From Piromyces finnis finn (lineage: Eukaryota > Fungi > Neocallimastigomycota), in contig MCFH01000009.1 in the NCBI GenBank assembly GCA_002104945.1, forward strand, positions 62,001 to 126,000: a stretch of 64,000 bases of DNA, in the 5' to 3' direction. Positions 1-14,408 of this stretch are shown here, piece after piece. A model generated the notes under the pieces. The model ran no database searches. It had not been told where the DNA came from and worked only from the letters and a program-made list of their open reading frames with translations. The position numbers were made by a program, and so were the translations under genes. Each line of letters starts with the position of its first letter. The first letter of the stretch is position 1.

Positions 1-296
1 TTTGTTAAAAATAGAATTAATAGTATTTATTATTAAATATAATCTTTGAAAAGGAAAATAATTATTAATCGTTGATATATTAATTTAAAAATCCTGTTTA
101 TATTGTAGTATTTAAACAATAAAATAATATACATAATAAAACCTATATTTACGTCAAATAAATTAATAATACATAAATCTTATTCAAAATCATTTTATTA
201 TTAACTAAAATCAATAATATATAGCAAATAACAATAAAAGAAATTATACTTCTATATATAGTTTTATGTTAATAATGATATAACGGGGTAAAGAAA

Positions 297-329
<33 letters not shown>

Positions 330-551
330 TTCTAATAACAAAATTTTATGAAAAATAAAGTCAAAATAGAAAAAAAAAAAAATTTAAATATAAAAAATGA
401 ACAATTATTTTTTTTTATTTTATCTATTTTAATTATTGCTATCTTTATTGCAGAGTATTTAAAAATTAAGAATTTAAACTAAAGAAAATTAAAAAACAAC
501 ATAAAAAATAGATGCTAAAGTGTGATTTTAAAGAATTTTAATGTATATGTA

Positions 552-584
<33 letters not shown>

Positions 585-671
585 CACAGATAAATTTTAT
601 GAATTTATCTTATTTGTATATTATTAATTAAATATTTATATATATATTTGATATAATTAAGAATGTTATAT

Positions 672-1639
672 CTAATCTTCATCCTCTTCATCATCATCAT
701 TTCCACAATTTTTAACACTTAAACCAGATATCCATATTCTTTGAGAATTTTGATCATTCTTAATATTTTGCCACCAGATAATGTTGTTTTTACATGTACT
801 TTCTTCTGATGGATTTAAGAAAATAGTGGTATCAGATGACTATATAATGTATTTAAATATTCATATATTTTATTATTATTATTATTTTTTTTAAAATTTA
901 TTAGTTTTATTAGAATTAATAGAAAATTATATTACTATGCTTGGAAGAGAAAGAAATTAAACAATACTTACAATCGTAATTTCTGGGTATTCTTCAGCAA
1001 GATTCCATTCATGACAAATACTAACATCTTTAGTTTGTTCATTGTAAACTCCAACATAAACCATCCAATCAGCAGAATCACTCTATTATATAAATATATA
1101 ATATCATTATGATTAATATAATAATAAGTAAAAGACATAATTATAAACTATAATATATATGTATATAATGTTTATTAAATAAATTAATAGAGATTAACCT
1201 TCATCTTGAATGCAATAGAAAAATCATCGGTAAAGTAATTATTTCTTCCTCTATCATTATATTTTTTAAATTGTAATGCAAGTGTATTTAAATAGACAGT
1301 ATTATTAAGATTAATTATATCGTTACCGATATATTTTTCATTTAAGTGATCCCATGAAATATCTTTCCAAATTAATGTATTTTTAAAAGCTGTACATTCA
1401 TCCTCATCTCTCTTTATAAAAGTCTTTTATATATACATTGATTTTTTTATTTATATATTATCATTAACTTTAGATATATTTTTCTTTTTCAATTTATATG
1501 TTATAATATTATTAATTGTTTTATTGTTTCATAATATACCTTTTCAAGTTTAACATTAGCAATTTCACCAGCATTATTATTATTTGAAATCCATACAATT
1601 GCATTTATATTATTTGCATTTGTTAAGAGTTTATATTGC

Positions 1640-1687
<48 letters not shown>

Positions 1688-2369
1688 ATGATAATATAAA
1701 AATATTTAGATACTATAAATGTTTAATGGAGAATAATAAATATTAATGAAAAAAAAATTACATTATCTTTTTTAGTAATACTTGGCTTATTAGTAGAATC
1801 AATAGATAAACTTTGTTTGTTCCATTGACCTATAGAAATATCCCAATCTTCAATATTTGAGTTCTTATGAATATTAAATATTTTTTTAAAAATATTGTTT
1901 ATTATATAAATACAACTATTAGTATTTTCTGATTTTAAACAAATTTATTTTTGTTCAGATTAAATAGTGACTTTAAAAATTTAATTATTCTCATATGTAC
2001 ATTAATACATTTTTCTATAAACATAACTATTTCTTATATTATTATAATGTCTTTTTTTTTTTTTTTTTTTTTTCAGTTTGATATTAACTTTATAAAATTT
2101 TTGTAATATATTATAAAAATCCTTCTTTATATATATTAATAATAAATGATTATCCTAATTATTTATAATCATACTTTAATATCAAAAGTAGCTTCTTGAA
2201 TAGTATTTCTTTTTAAAAATGAACAATAAATATTATCTCTTCCAGTAAACACTGTCTTCTTCTCTCCCATTTTTGTTAATTGTTGTAAACATTCTGACGG
2301 GGAAAAAGCATAAGCATTCTTGCTAACAGCTGATAATAAAAATAAACCTAGAAAGAATGGTGAACGCAT
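672..2369 (-). CDS. Multi-exon predicted secreted protein of unknown function
   Basis: ATG at 2369 gives a signal-peptide-like start, MRSPFFLGLFLLSAVSKNAYA. Six GT-AG bounded coding segments follow, e.g. NSNIEDWDISIGQW, KTFIKRDEDECTAFKNTLIWKDISWDHL, DSADWMVYVGVYN and CKNNIIWWQNI. The protein ends in an acidic tail DDDEEDED with TAG at 672-674. No family recognised. Confidence 0.7.
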
Positions 2370-2792
2370 CCTTAACTTTTTATGTATGTATATCAAGATT
2401 TTCCTTTATTTTTAAAACTTTTTCTATTTTTTTTATAGTTTCTTAATAGGTAAAACAGAATTTAAGATAAAATCAAAATAAATTAAAAGTATGGTATAAT
2501 AAAAAGTTTATTAAAAGAACACTATAATAATAATTATATTAATATTAATTTAAATTTTATATAATTAAAGTGTTTTTGAATTAGGTAAATGTTTATTTTT
2601 TTTTAAAAAATATTACAATTTTTATTTATATTAAATATTAAAATATAAAGTATTGAAAACTCATTTTTTTATTAATATAAATTCTTATAACATTTTATTT
2701 TAATTATATTTAAAGTTTTAATATTTTAATTTATTTTTTTATAATTTTAAATAAAGTTAAGAATTAAATATAAATAATAAAATGACTTTTAA

Positions 2793-2925
2793 TTTTTTTT
2801 ATTTTATAATTCTACCTCCTAGCTACTAGGATGGATTTAATATTTTTTATTTTATAATTCTACCTCCTAGCTACTAGGATAGATTTAATATTTTTTATTT
2901 TATAATTCTACTAGAATAGATTTAA
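2793..2925. repeat. 48-bp tandem repeat (2 full copies plus 1 internally deleted copy)
   Basis: TCTACCTCCTAGCTACTAGG occurs at 2811 and 2859 (period 48). The third copy at about 2907 lacks the CCTCCTAGCTA core. Confidence 0.85.
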
Positions 2926-4333
2926 TCAACACTAAAATATATTCAGTTGGTTAATAGAACTCATAAATAATAGATATACTAATAGATATATATATATAAA
3001 CATTTAAATTGTATTTTTATTAGATATATGTTTTGAATCAAAATACTATAAAAATTTTTATTAAACATTTTAAAAAAGGTTTTTAAACTATATTAACTTT
3101 TTGAATTTATTATATATGATTTTTTTTAATATATAAAAGGAATAACACATTTAAAATTAAATATTTAAAATAAAAATAAAAAAGCATCAATTTATTTTTA
3201 TAATAAGAAGATATATTTAATAACATAACCCTTTATGTTATATATATTTCAAAAAAACAAAGTTTTTTTTTTTTTTTAAATAGTTTCTTTCTTTATAGTA
3301 ATATTATATAGTAAATAGTAAATTTTATAATAATATAAATAAAGTAATATTTAAAATACTTTTGATTTATATATAACTAAAGTAATACAATAATAAAATT
3401 TTTATATTACAATTAATAAATATGAAAGAAAAACTAAGCAATAAATATATAGTGGATTTCTTATTTTCTCTTTTTTCATTTATAGCAAATAAACAATTAA
3501 ATTATTCATGTAATAACTAATGATAAAGAGAACCATAATTATTTACATTGTATACATTATTTCTACATATTTATGTATTATATGTACAATTTACTCATTA
3601 ATTTTTATATAATAAAATTTTATTATTAATTAAAGTTGAGTCAGATACATGATATATATGATATATGTATGATTTATATATTAAATACATTTTTTTAGTA
3701 TTTATATACTTATTTTTGTAATTTTAGAAACGATTAAAAACACAATCTATTATAATTTAATTGATTTTATTTATATTTATCTTTTTTTTTTTTTCTTAAA
3801 AAAATAAAAGTATTTATCCTGGTGATATTATATATTTCAATTTTTTTTTTAAAAAAAGTAATTATATCAGCCTTTAATTAACTCTATATTATTAGTTATA
3901 TAATAGAATAGATAAGATAATTATTACTATAATATAATTTAAAATATAAACAGATTAGAAATAATTTTCAATTAAATAAACAATTAACAGTATTCTATAT
4001 TAATTAAAACTTATTGTGTTCCTTTTTTTTTTATAAAAATAAATAAAATCGAAATATCTTTAATTTTTTTTTAATAATTTAATATGTTATACAAAAATTA
4101 TTAACTTTTTTAATATATATTCTTTAAATTCTTTTATTTTATTTTATATATTTTCGGAATAAATGATGGGTCATTCTATTATAAATAATAAACACAATTT
4201 GATATTTTTAATGTTCAATAATAACATGGAATAATATAATATAGAACAGACAAATAATAGTCAAAGATAAAAATAAAAAATCTAAAAAATAATAAAAATA
4301 ACATTTTAAAAAACTTTTAAAGCATATTTAAAT

Positions 4334-4562
4334 ATGGGAAAGTTTTATAAAACCTGGAGCATAGTATTAGCTTTTGTCTGTTTAATCAGTGGAATTACCG
4401 CTTTAACTGACGAAGAATATGAAGAAGCTAACAAGAAATTATTCTTTTTAAATTCTGAAAACTTCAAAACTTCTATTAGTAATGGTATATGGATAGTTTT
4501 CTTCGGTGCTACATGGTGTCCACATTGTAGACAGTAATATATGTTATTTTTTTTTTTTTATG

Positions 4563-4638
<76 letters not shown>

Positions 4639-7600
4639 TTCCAAAAATATATAATTCAAAGAAATTATATGGATCTTTTTTATTTTATTTTATTCTATTA
4701 TATTTTAATTTTAATTATATTTTATATACCAACATTATTATTTATATAAATAAAATAATTATTTTTTTTTTATAAATATATAAAATTATTGAAAATTAGC
4801 TTGACTCCAGATTGGGCTAAGTTCCAAGCTGAAGCTGAGGAAAAAGAATTAGAAAGTAAATATGATTTCCATATTGCAAAGGTTGAATGTACTGAAAGTG
4901 AAGGTAATGTTAATATAAAAACAATATTATTGAAAAATTTATCATATAATTGATTTTCAAAAATATCTTTGAAATAAATATTAAATATTTTATAAATTTA
5001 TTTATTTATTATTTAAATTTCTTCAGATATTTGTAGAGAACAAGGTTTAAGAGGTTACCCTACTATTTACTTGTAAGTATATTATCAAGGAAGAGAAATA
5101 GTAATATAAAATATAGATTTATAATACAAAATAAAGATAAGTAAATAAAATATTAATACATAGAAATACTTTTCTATCAATGAAATAAACAGATTTAACA
5201 ATGGTGAAAGAAAGGATGAAGCTAACGAAAGATCACCAGAATATTTAATGAGTTTTGCTCAAAAGAATATTGATTTATATTACAAGGATAATTTAAAGTA
5301 TGGCTACAAGAGACTTTCTGAAGAAAAACTTACAGCTGATCTTTCAGAAAAAGTCCCATTAGAAATTGGTGAAAAGAACAACAAAATTAACCCAGAAGGA
5401 CAAATTGTTCACTTAACTGATGAAACATTCCAAGATGTAAGAGTATAGTTAAAAATTATATATTATAGAATTCATTAATTTTAAATATATTCTATCTTGT
5501 ACAATATTATTATATAATATTTAGGCTATTGATAAGAGTACTTGGTTTATTGTAATATCAATATTTATATATTTATTTAATAAATAAACTTAATAAATTA
5601 AAGTTTATATATTTACTAATTTAAATTTAATAGATGTTCCATGCTCCATGGTGTGGCCACTGTAGAAGAGTAAAATAATAATAATAAAAAAAAAATCATT
5701 AATTTTATTAATATTTTTTAAAATATTATAATCGTTTTAATAAAAATTATTATTATATTAATGCAGTTTGCACCAACCTGGGAAGAATTTGCTGCTAAAA
5801 TGAAAAACAAAATGAATATCGGTAAAGTTGATTGTACCGTTTATACAGGTAATGTCATATTCTTATTTTTACATTTTACTATTATGATTATTATTATTGG
5901 GAGGTGCATATTTATCTGTATTTTAATTGAAAAATAATTGTTCATATAAACCTTTATTTTATAGATATTTGTAATAAATACGGTGTTACAGGATACCCAA
6001 CCTTGAAAATGTAAATATTCATAAATATAAAAATAATTATTTGATAATGATTAATTATTAGCATATTAAAATTTTAATTCTTTTGTAATGTTTTATTATT
6101 TAATTATAAGTATTGATCAACATGAAGTTAATGATTTTAAGGGTATAAGAAGAATGGAAGATTTAGAAAAGTTTGTTGAAGGTTATATTAGGTAAGACTT
6201 AAACAAACAAACAAACAACTTAATAATAATTTTAAAAGAAAATTAAACAAAATATATAACAAAATATTTATAAATAATATTTTTAATTTAAAATATAATA
6301 ATATTTTTAAATAAATAAAGTTCAGGTCTTCAAGTTGCCAAGGCTGAAACAATTAGAGAAACTATGAAAAATGAGGAAGTTGTCTTTTTTCTTTATTATG
6401 ATTATTCTAATCCAAATGTTGATGAAATAGTAAATATTGTCAATGAAATAATAATTTTGTGCATATTTATAATTGTTTATTCATTAACTCATATATTTAT
6501 TATCATATTTAATAATTAGAAACTTTTCATTAGCGTTATTAATGAACTTAATATTATGTCTGCAAAGATCTATTTGACTCCAGATGAAGAATTAATGACA
6601 TCTTTCAACATTGATAGCGGAACTACTGGTATTGTTGTATCTCGTGATTTCGGTAGAGGCTTCTACAAATATGAAGGTGGCTTCAATTCTGAAGAACTTA
6701 AGCCATGGATTACAAAGTATATGTATCCATTTGTTATCGAAATCACTCCATTGAACAGTGAACAATACTTAAATAGTGAAAACTATGTTGTTTTAGCAAT
6801 TTTCCCAACTAGTGATACTAAATCTGTTATTTATGATAATGTTAGAATTGCTTCTCGTGCTTGGGCTGCTCAACATGAAGTTGATCCAACTTTACGTCAA
6901 TCTGAAAAATATATTCATGCTGATTTTGTCTGGCTTGATGGATCTAAATTCCCAAAGTACATTCAAAGTAGTTTTGGTATTAGTGTTGCTGAATTACCAC
7001 GTGTATTTATTCTTAACCCAAGTGTAAGTATATATATATGCATTTTTTTTTTTTTTTTGATATTTTTTAAGCATTAAAATTATGTTAGTGATTATTTATG
7101 AAATAATATATTAAATTGATTTTGATTATATTAATATATATTTAAACAATAATATTTTTAGGCTGGTAAATATTATGACAAAGGTGTAAGTGGTAAATAT
7201 TTACATGATGAAAATATTAGTGTTTCTCTTTCAGCTGCTATGAATCAACAATTAAAGGCAAACAATATGAAGGGTGGTTACTTTGATGTTATCAAGGAAG
7301 TATGTTTAGAACATAGAATAAAAAATGATAATATATATAATTATATATTGATTATTGTATTTCTTGAAAATTTTAATATTAATTTTTATTTATCTTTTTA
7401 TTTTTATTCAATTAAATATTAGAATACCTCTGTAAGTAAAAAATATAAATATGAATATAATTATATAAAATTACATCATCAATTAATTCTTATATAACTT
7501 TTTTAAATTTATTTTTATAGATTCAAATTGTTTTAATCATCGTTGTTGTTTTATTTGCTGTTTTAATGTACCTTGTTTGCTTCAATAATAAAAAGAAGGA

Positions 7601-7646
7601 AGTTGAATATTATCTCCCAATTAAGATGGATAATAAGCAAGCTTAA
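4334..7646 (+). CDS. ER transmembrane protein disulfide isomerase family protein (Eps1/TMX-like), about 14 exons
   Basis: Signal peptide; thioredoxin domain 1 with WCPHC (4513-4527); domain 2 with APWCGHC (about 5644-5663); KVDCT and GYPTL motifs; a b-type domain in ORF 6556-7023. The last exon 7521-7646 encodes a TM helix (IQIVLIIVVVLFAVLMYLVCF) and a short tail ending KMDNKQA*. The CPHC plus C-terminal TM architecture resembles yeast Eps1. Confidence 0.88.
4564..4634. repeat. (TAT)n microsatellite in PDI intron 1
   Basis: Direct reading; it produces the spurious poly-Tyr ORF 4506-4775. Confidence 0.9.
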
Positions 7647-9342
7647 AAAAAAAAAAGATAATTATATTAGACATCATAGAAAGAATATTAATAATTATTA
7701 AATATCAATGATATATAGTTGTATAAAAAAATTAATAAGAATTGAAATAAAAATTAAAAATTAAAATAACATAAATACATAAATGCTTTCTTATAAAATA
7801 TACAGTAATTTTCTAATTCATTTTTTTAAATAAAATATCTATTTTTTTTTTATATTTTAAATGTCTAAATAATAGAATGATAATTAAATGAAATAAAAAA
7901 AAAAAGATAAAAATAGAATGGATAGACAAATAAATAATAAAAACTAAAATAAAATAATTATATAATTTATGTAATATATAGTATGCTGAATAAATATATG
8001 TTTGTATATCTATATCAATAAATATCATGATATACATATAAAATTAATGTTTTTTATAAAAGATATTTTTAAGTATGGATAGTGAAATGAAAGCAAGTAT
8101 ATTTAAATTTTTAAAATTTATTCAATTTGAAGATAGTGTGAATTTTTTTATAAATTTTATATGTGTCATTAATAATAATTTATTGTTTATTTAGTGTATT
8201 TTTCAACTGAACATTCATAAAAAAATGTAAAGTATTAATTATTTTTTATTAATATATTATTGGCTGAAAAATATTTTATATGAAATTATTGGTAAGTGAT
8301 TAATAATTATAATATATTTTATATATATTATGTATCATCATTATTATATGTTAATATTTACATTTATCATTAAAATTTTATAATTTTTAATATTTACTGT
8401 TTATTTTTAGTATATTTTAAATATTACTATATATAAAGTTAAAAAGACTTTTTTGTTATTTTTTTTTCTTTTTTTTATTTATTTTTTTAATGGAATAATA
8501 GGAGTGAAAAAAATAAGAGGAAAGGAAAGAAATTGAAATATTTGTAAATAGACATAATAAATATTATTTAAAAAGGAAAAAGAAAAAAAAAAGCCATTTT
8601 ATTTCTTTGCTATTTTTATATAAATTTATTATTGTTAATTTATATTCTATTTCTTAATTTATATAAGATATTAGAAAACATATAACAGAAATACACAGTG
8701 AAAAGTAATTCAATAATTTATTTATTTATTTATACATATATTATAAATATTATAAATATATTTTTTAAAAGAAAAGTGAAGAAAATATTACATGATAATT
8801 CATCATAACATTGGATAAATAATGGAAATATATAAATACCAGATCATTTATTTTATTTATAATGAGATTGAAAAATTCTTTTATATTAACATTTTGGACA
8901 AATAAATGTTTATAAGATTGTAGTCAGAGTATAGGGAATATTGCAAGATTTAGAAGAATAAAGAAAAAATGAATAATATAATTTCATTATGTTTATTTTT
9001 TTTCTTGAAAATTGAATGTTTATGTTAAATAAATATAAGATAGTATAAATAATATAAAATATTATTTAAAACGATAATGAAAATGAGGATAATTACAAAA
9101 GATTCATGAATAACTCTCAAATATTCCTTGATATAAAGATATTAAAAATTAAAAATAAACAATGTTGTAGATGCGATTTAATGATTAATTATTTATTTGT
9201 TTTTACATTCATAAAACAACATTATTTTATGTATTATATAATGCAAATATTAATTTTTTATTCAATTCTAATATATATATTCATTCTAAATAAAGGTTTA
9301 TTTATATTTTAAGTTTCAGAATAATTAAAGCAATAAGATAAA

Positions 9343-12300
9343 ATGAGTAATAAATCAAATTGGAAAAGGAAATCAGCGAATTGGATTTGCCAAGAATGTG
9401 GTAAGGATAATTTCCCTGAAAGAAAATTTTGCAAATTCTGTCAGGCGAGCAGGCAGAATCTAGGTGGTGGTAATAATAATCGGGATGATAGAAGAAATGT
9501 AAGAAATAACTATAATGATAGGAATGATAATAATAGAAGAAGAAATAACTGGAAAGGTAATAATTCAAGAGATCAATTTTCAAATAGTGATTCCAATTTT
9601 AGAGGAAGAAATAATTATAATAATAACAATAATAACTATAATAATAGAAGTAATCAGAATTATGATAATAAAAGAGGTGATATTAAATCAAGATTAGGTG
9701 TACCAAATAATAATTATTTAAATAGGAATAGAAATTTTAATGATAGAGAAAGGTCGTTTGATAATAGCGATAACAGAAATCAAAGGAATAATAATTCGTA
9801 TGACAGCAATAATTCATATGATAATAATAATTCGTTTGATAGAAATAATAATGGATATCAACAGTCAGATCAGAGTTTTGTGGGTGCTAGTGATGAAAAT
9901 AAGGGTGGAATAAGTATTGTTAATAGCAGTTTAAATGCTAATAATCCACCTTTAGAAAATAATGTTAATAATAACAATGATTCATTTAATTCTAATAATA
10001 ATTATCCAAATAATAATGTAAATTATACCCAAATTAGAAATCAACAGGTAGATAATGTTTCAAGAAACTACAATGATAGTAGTTCATTTGATAGTAGAAG
10101 AAACAATAATTTTAATTCAAGAAAAGAAGGACAACGCATTGTTGAAATGAAAAATCCAAATAATATTGAAATAACAAAAGAAAGGGATAGTTTTAGAAGA
10201 GATAATGATAATTCTATGAATGAATCTAATTATCAACAGCAATCTTTTGATCAGAATGAAAATAAAACCAATGATGATTCTAGAAATTTTTCTCAAATGA
10301 ATAATAATAATAATGATAATAATAGTTCTCCAAACAAAAATTATTCTCAGAATTCATATAATAATGAAAATGATTTAAATAAAATAGATAATAATAGTTC
10401 GTTTAGAAATTCAAATTCAGTAAATAATAGAGAAGATGATAATGGAAATAATCATAATTCTGATTATAGTAATGGTCAAAACCGTAGTCCTGAAAGATCA
10501 TATTCAGAAAATAGGTATGATAAACGTAATAATAATTCTCGTTCTCGTGAAAGATATGAAAATAGGGAACATAGCAGAGATCGTTATGATAATAATAGAA
10601 ATAAATATAATGATGAAAGAAGAGATCGTAGTTATAGTCGTGATCGTGGAAATAGTAATTATGGAATGGATAGAAGAGATCGTAGTCATGATCGTTATGA
10701 TAGAAATGAAAGAAACAACTATGATAATGATAGGGATGAAAGAAGAGACCATAATCGTAGTCGTAGTCGTAGTCGTAATCGTAATAACAACAACAATAAT
10801 TATAATTTAGATAGAAGAGGCCGTAGTCGCAGCCGTAGCCGTAGTCGTAGCCATGGTCGCTATGATAATAATAGAAGAGACCATAGCCATGATCATTATT
10901 ATAACAATAATAATAATAGAAGTAATCATAGTAGAGACAGAAGTCGTAGTACAGATAATTACAATAGAAATAATTATAACAATAAAGGTAATAGAGATAA
11001 TAGAGAACACAGTAATGAAAGAAGAAATTATAATCAAAACAGAAATAATGATAATATGAATAGAAGAGATTCCAATAGAGATAGAAGAAACAGAAGTCAA
11101 GAAAGGGATCGCATTAATAATTCAAATAATGACAATAGAAATGATCGTAGAAATAATCATAGAAATGATCATAGAAATGACCATAGGAACGATTATAGAA
11201 ATGATCGCAGAAGTAATAGTCGTGATAAAAATAGAAATTATGATAGCGATTCATTTAATAATCAAAATAATTATAATAATAATAATTATTCAGATAGAGA
11301 TCGCTCTAGAAGTAGAAGTATAAGTAAAAGAAATAATTATGACCGCAATAATAATGATAGCAGAGGAAGAAGTCGTAGCATTTCAAAAGATAGAAGAAAT
11401 AACGGTAGAAATCAATATGATGATTATTCAAATAATAATTCATACGATAATGCTTATAGAAATAATGGAAATAATGAAAGAAGATATGATAGGAATGAAA
11501 GACGTTCTATTTCAAGAGGAAGAAGTAGAAGTAGGGATAGATATCATTTTAATGATAGAAATGATTATAATCGCAGTAATTCCAGAGGAAGAGATATGGA
11601 TAAAAATAATAGATATTATAACAACGATAATAACAATGATCAAGATAGAAATAATACTTATAATAATAATAACAATAGGTATAATAAATATGATAGATAT
11701 GATAATAGAAATGATAATCATAATCGTAGTCCATATCGTGAATATAGAGAAAATAATTCTAATAGTAATAATTATAATGAGCAAAGAGATTCTTATGGCA
11801 ATTATAGATTATCAGATGATAAAGATAAGGGAAACTTTAATAATAATGAAGACAACTATCATGAAAAACAAACAGACATAGAAGATCAACAAATGGATGC
11901 AATGAGTTATTCCAAAGATTCAACAGAAAATGTTAATGAAAAAGAAAATTTAAATAATAATAATAAAAATTATGACAGCAATGATTCAATTAAAGAAATA
12001 ACTGAAAATAATCAAGAATCAATGGATGTAGATGACCACTCAAATGATGCTGCTGGTAGTATGAATAATGATTCTAATGATATAAATAAAAATGAAGCAA
12101 TTAATAATTCAAATGATTTAGTTTCAAAGGATAAAAATTATAATGATCAACAATCAAATGTAACAGATAAACAAAGGGATGTAACAAATCATTCATTGAA
12201 CCCATCAGATAGTACTAACGAGAAACAAAGCTTAAAGGACAACAATTATGATGGTGTTGAATCAACAAAAGAATCAACAGAAAATAACCAAGAAAATATG

Positions 12301-12744
12301 AATGTAGATGATCAATCAAATAATAATACTAATAAAGAAATAAATAATGAATTTTTAGATACTAATTCAGATAAGAATACTAATAATGATAATAATAAAA
12401 ACAATACAAGTAATAATGAAAATAAAGATGTAGATAATAATTTAATAAGAAAGGATACTAATATTGATAATGAAAAAAATAATACTAACAATGAAGTAGA
12501 ACAAGAAAATATGAATGATGGTCAAGATAACTATAAAAATGATAATACCAATTTAGGTCATGATAATAATTATGAACATAATGTACAAGATAAAGATAAT
12601 GATTATTGTTCAAGAAATCAAACTATGAACGATTATAATGATCATGACAAATATAATGATAATAATAATTATGATGATTATAATAATTATAATAATTATA
12701 ATTATAATGATAATAACAATAATAGTTACAATGATGATAATGGT

Positions 12745-12786
<42 letters not shown>

Positions 12787-12882
12787 TATAATTATAATAA
12801 TAATAATAATAACTATAATAACAACAATAATAATTATAATAATTATAATAATAATAATAATAATTATAGTGATGATAACTAT

Positions 12883-12918
<36 letters not shown>

Positions 12919-14408
12919 TATTCGAGAAATTCCCGTGATGAAAATCATAGTAGATATGATGATAGGAATAGAAATGACCAATATCAAAGAGATGAATATA
13001 ATAAATATGATGATCATTATCATAACAATAATAGAAGTAGAAGTAGAAGTAGACACAGTAGAAGTAGGAGTAGACACAATAGAAGTAGGAGTAGAAGTAG
13101 GAATATGAATAGGAACAGAAGAAGCAGAAGCAGAAGTATGGATAGAAATAATAACAATAGAAATAGGAACAGAAGCAGAAGTATAAACAGTGATAGAAGT
13201 CGTAGCGGAAATAGAGACAGAAATAGAAGCATGAATAGAAATAATGACAATAGATATAGGAGCAGAAGTAGATCATTTGACAATGGAAGAAATCGTTATG
13301 ATAGAAATAATAGATCAGATAGAAATAGTAAAGATAATAGAAATCAATATAATCGTGATGGTAACAATAGATACCAAAATAACAATAACAATAATAGATA
13401 CAATAATAATGATAATAATCATAATGGTCAAGGCTATGGTAGAAGAAATGATAATCGCTATGAAAACAATAATAGATATAATAACAGAAATGATAGATAT
13501 GGTAAAAAGCGTGATAGATCCGACTCTCGCGATTCAAGAGATAAGAAAAGAGGTAAATACAATAACAATGGTAATTATGGAAGAAATAATAGAAATAATC
13601 GCAATAATAATCGTAATAATAATCGTAACAATTGGGAATGTCCAAACTGTAGTTTCTCAAATTGGTAAATATGAGATTTTTTTTAATTTCTAGGGTTTTA
13701 ATAGGATATAATAATAATAAAAATAATAATAACAAATGTTAATATTAAAATTTAAAATAATTATAAAAAATAGGGAAAATAGAGTCGTATGCTATAAATG
13801 TCGAACAAAGAAACCAGAAAATTTTTCAAGTAACAATATGAATAACAATAACAATTATTCATATGGTAAATATATTTAATTTTTTTTTAAAAAAAATAAA
13901 ATTAATAATATTATATATATTAAATTATATAAAAAAAATTATATAGTATTTTGAATATAATTGTTAACGTTGTTAATATATTAAATATTTTATTATTATT
14001 ATTTTTAAAAATAAATATTTGATAGATAATAATAACAGAAATTTCGATTATACAAATAATCGTAATAGAGCTGAACGTACAATAAATGATGATGATGATG
14101 ATGGAGATTACAGATGGAATAACAATGATTATGAACAAAACAATAGTAATCGTATAATGAATCAAAATATGGAGGATTATAATAATATGAATAATTATGA
14201 TCAAGATAATAACATTTACAGAGGAAATGAAGAAGATGGAATATATGAAAATAACATTGATAACAATAACAACTATTCAACAAATAATAATGATTTTAAT
14301 TATGAACAAAATGAAAATGCAAATGAAAATGTAAATATTCAAACTTCTTATGATCCTGCTAATCCAAATGTGATTGATTTTGAAGTTAATGAGTCTGATA
14401 ATATCTAA
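9343..14408 (+). CDS. Very large Asn/Arg/Ser/Asp low-complexity protein with RS repeats and two RanBP2-type zinc fingers
   Basis: Exon 1 (9343-13664) starts with NWICQECGKDNFPERKFCKFC. A second finger, NWECPNCSFSNW|ENRVVCYKC, is restored by splicing 13664 to 13774. Exon 2 is 13774-13865 and exon 3 is 14026-14408; all phases are consistent. Confidence 0.85.

Noticed and set aside
2793-2925. CRISPR-like reading of the 48-bp repeat
   Set aside because: There are no unique spacers or cas genes, and the context is eukaryotic.
3637-3643. TGAGTCA AP-1/Gcn4-like site upstream of the PDI gene (also a CRE-like TTACGTCA at 149-156)
   Set aside because: Single occurrences are expected by chance in 64 kb.
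9515-14283. Many overlapping Ile/Met-rich or Tyr/Cys-rich ORFs, including the 370-aa antisense ORF 12623-13735
   Set aside because: They are shadow frames of AAT/GAT/AGA-rich coding sequence in the RS protein gene, where stops are depleted by composition.
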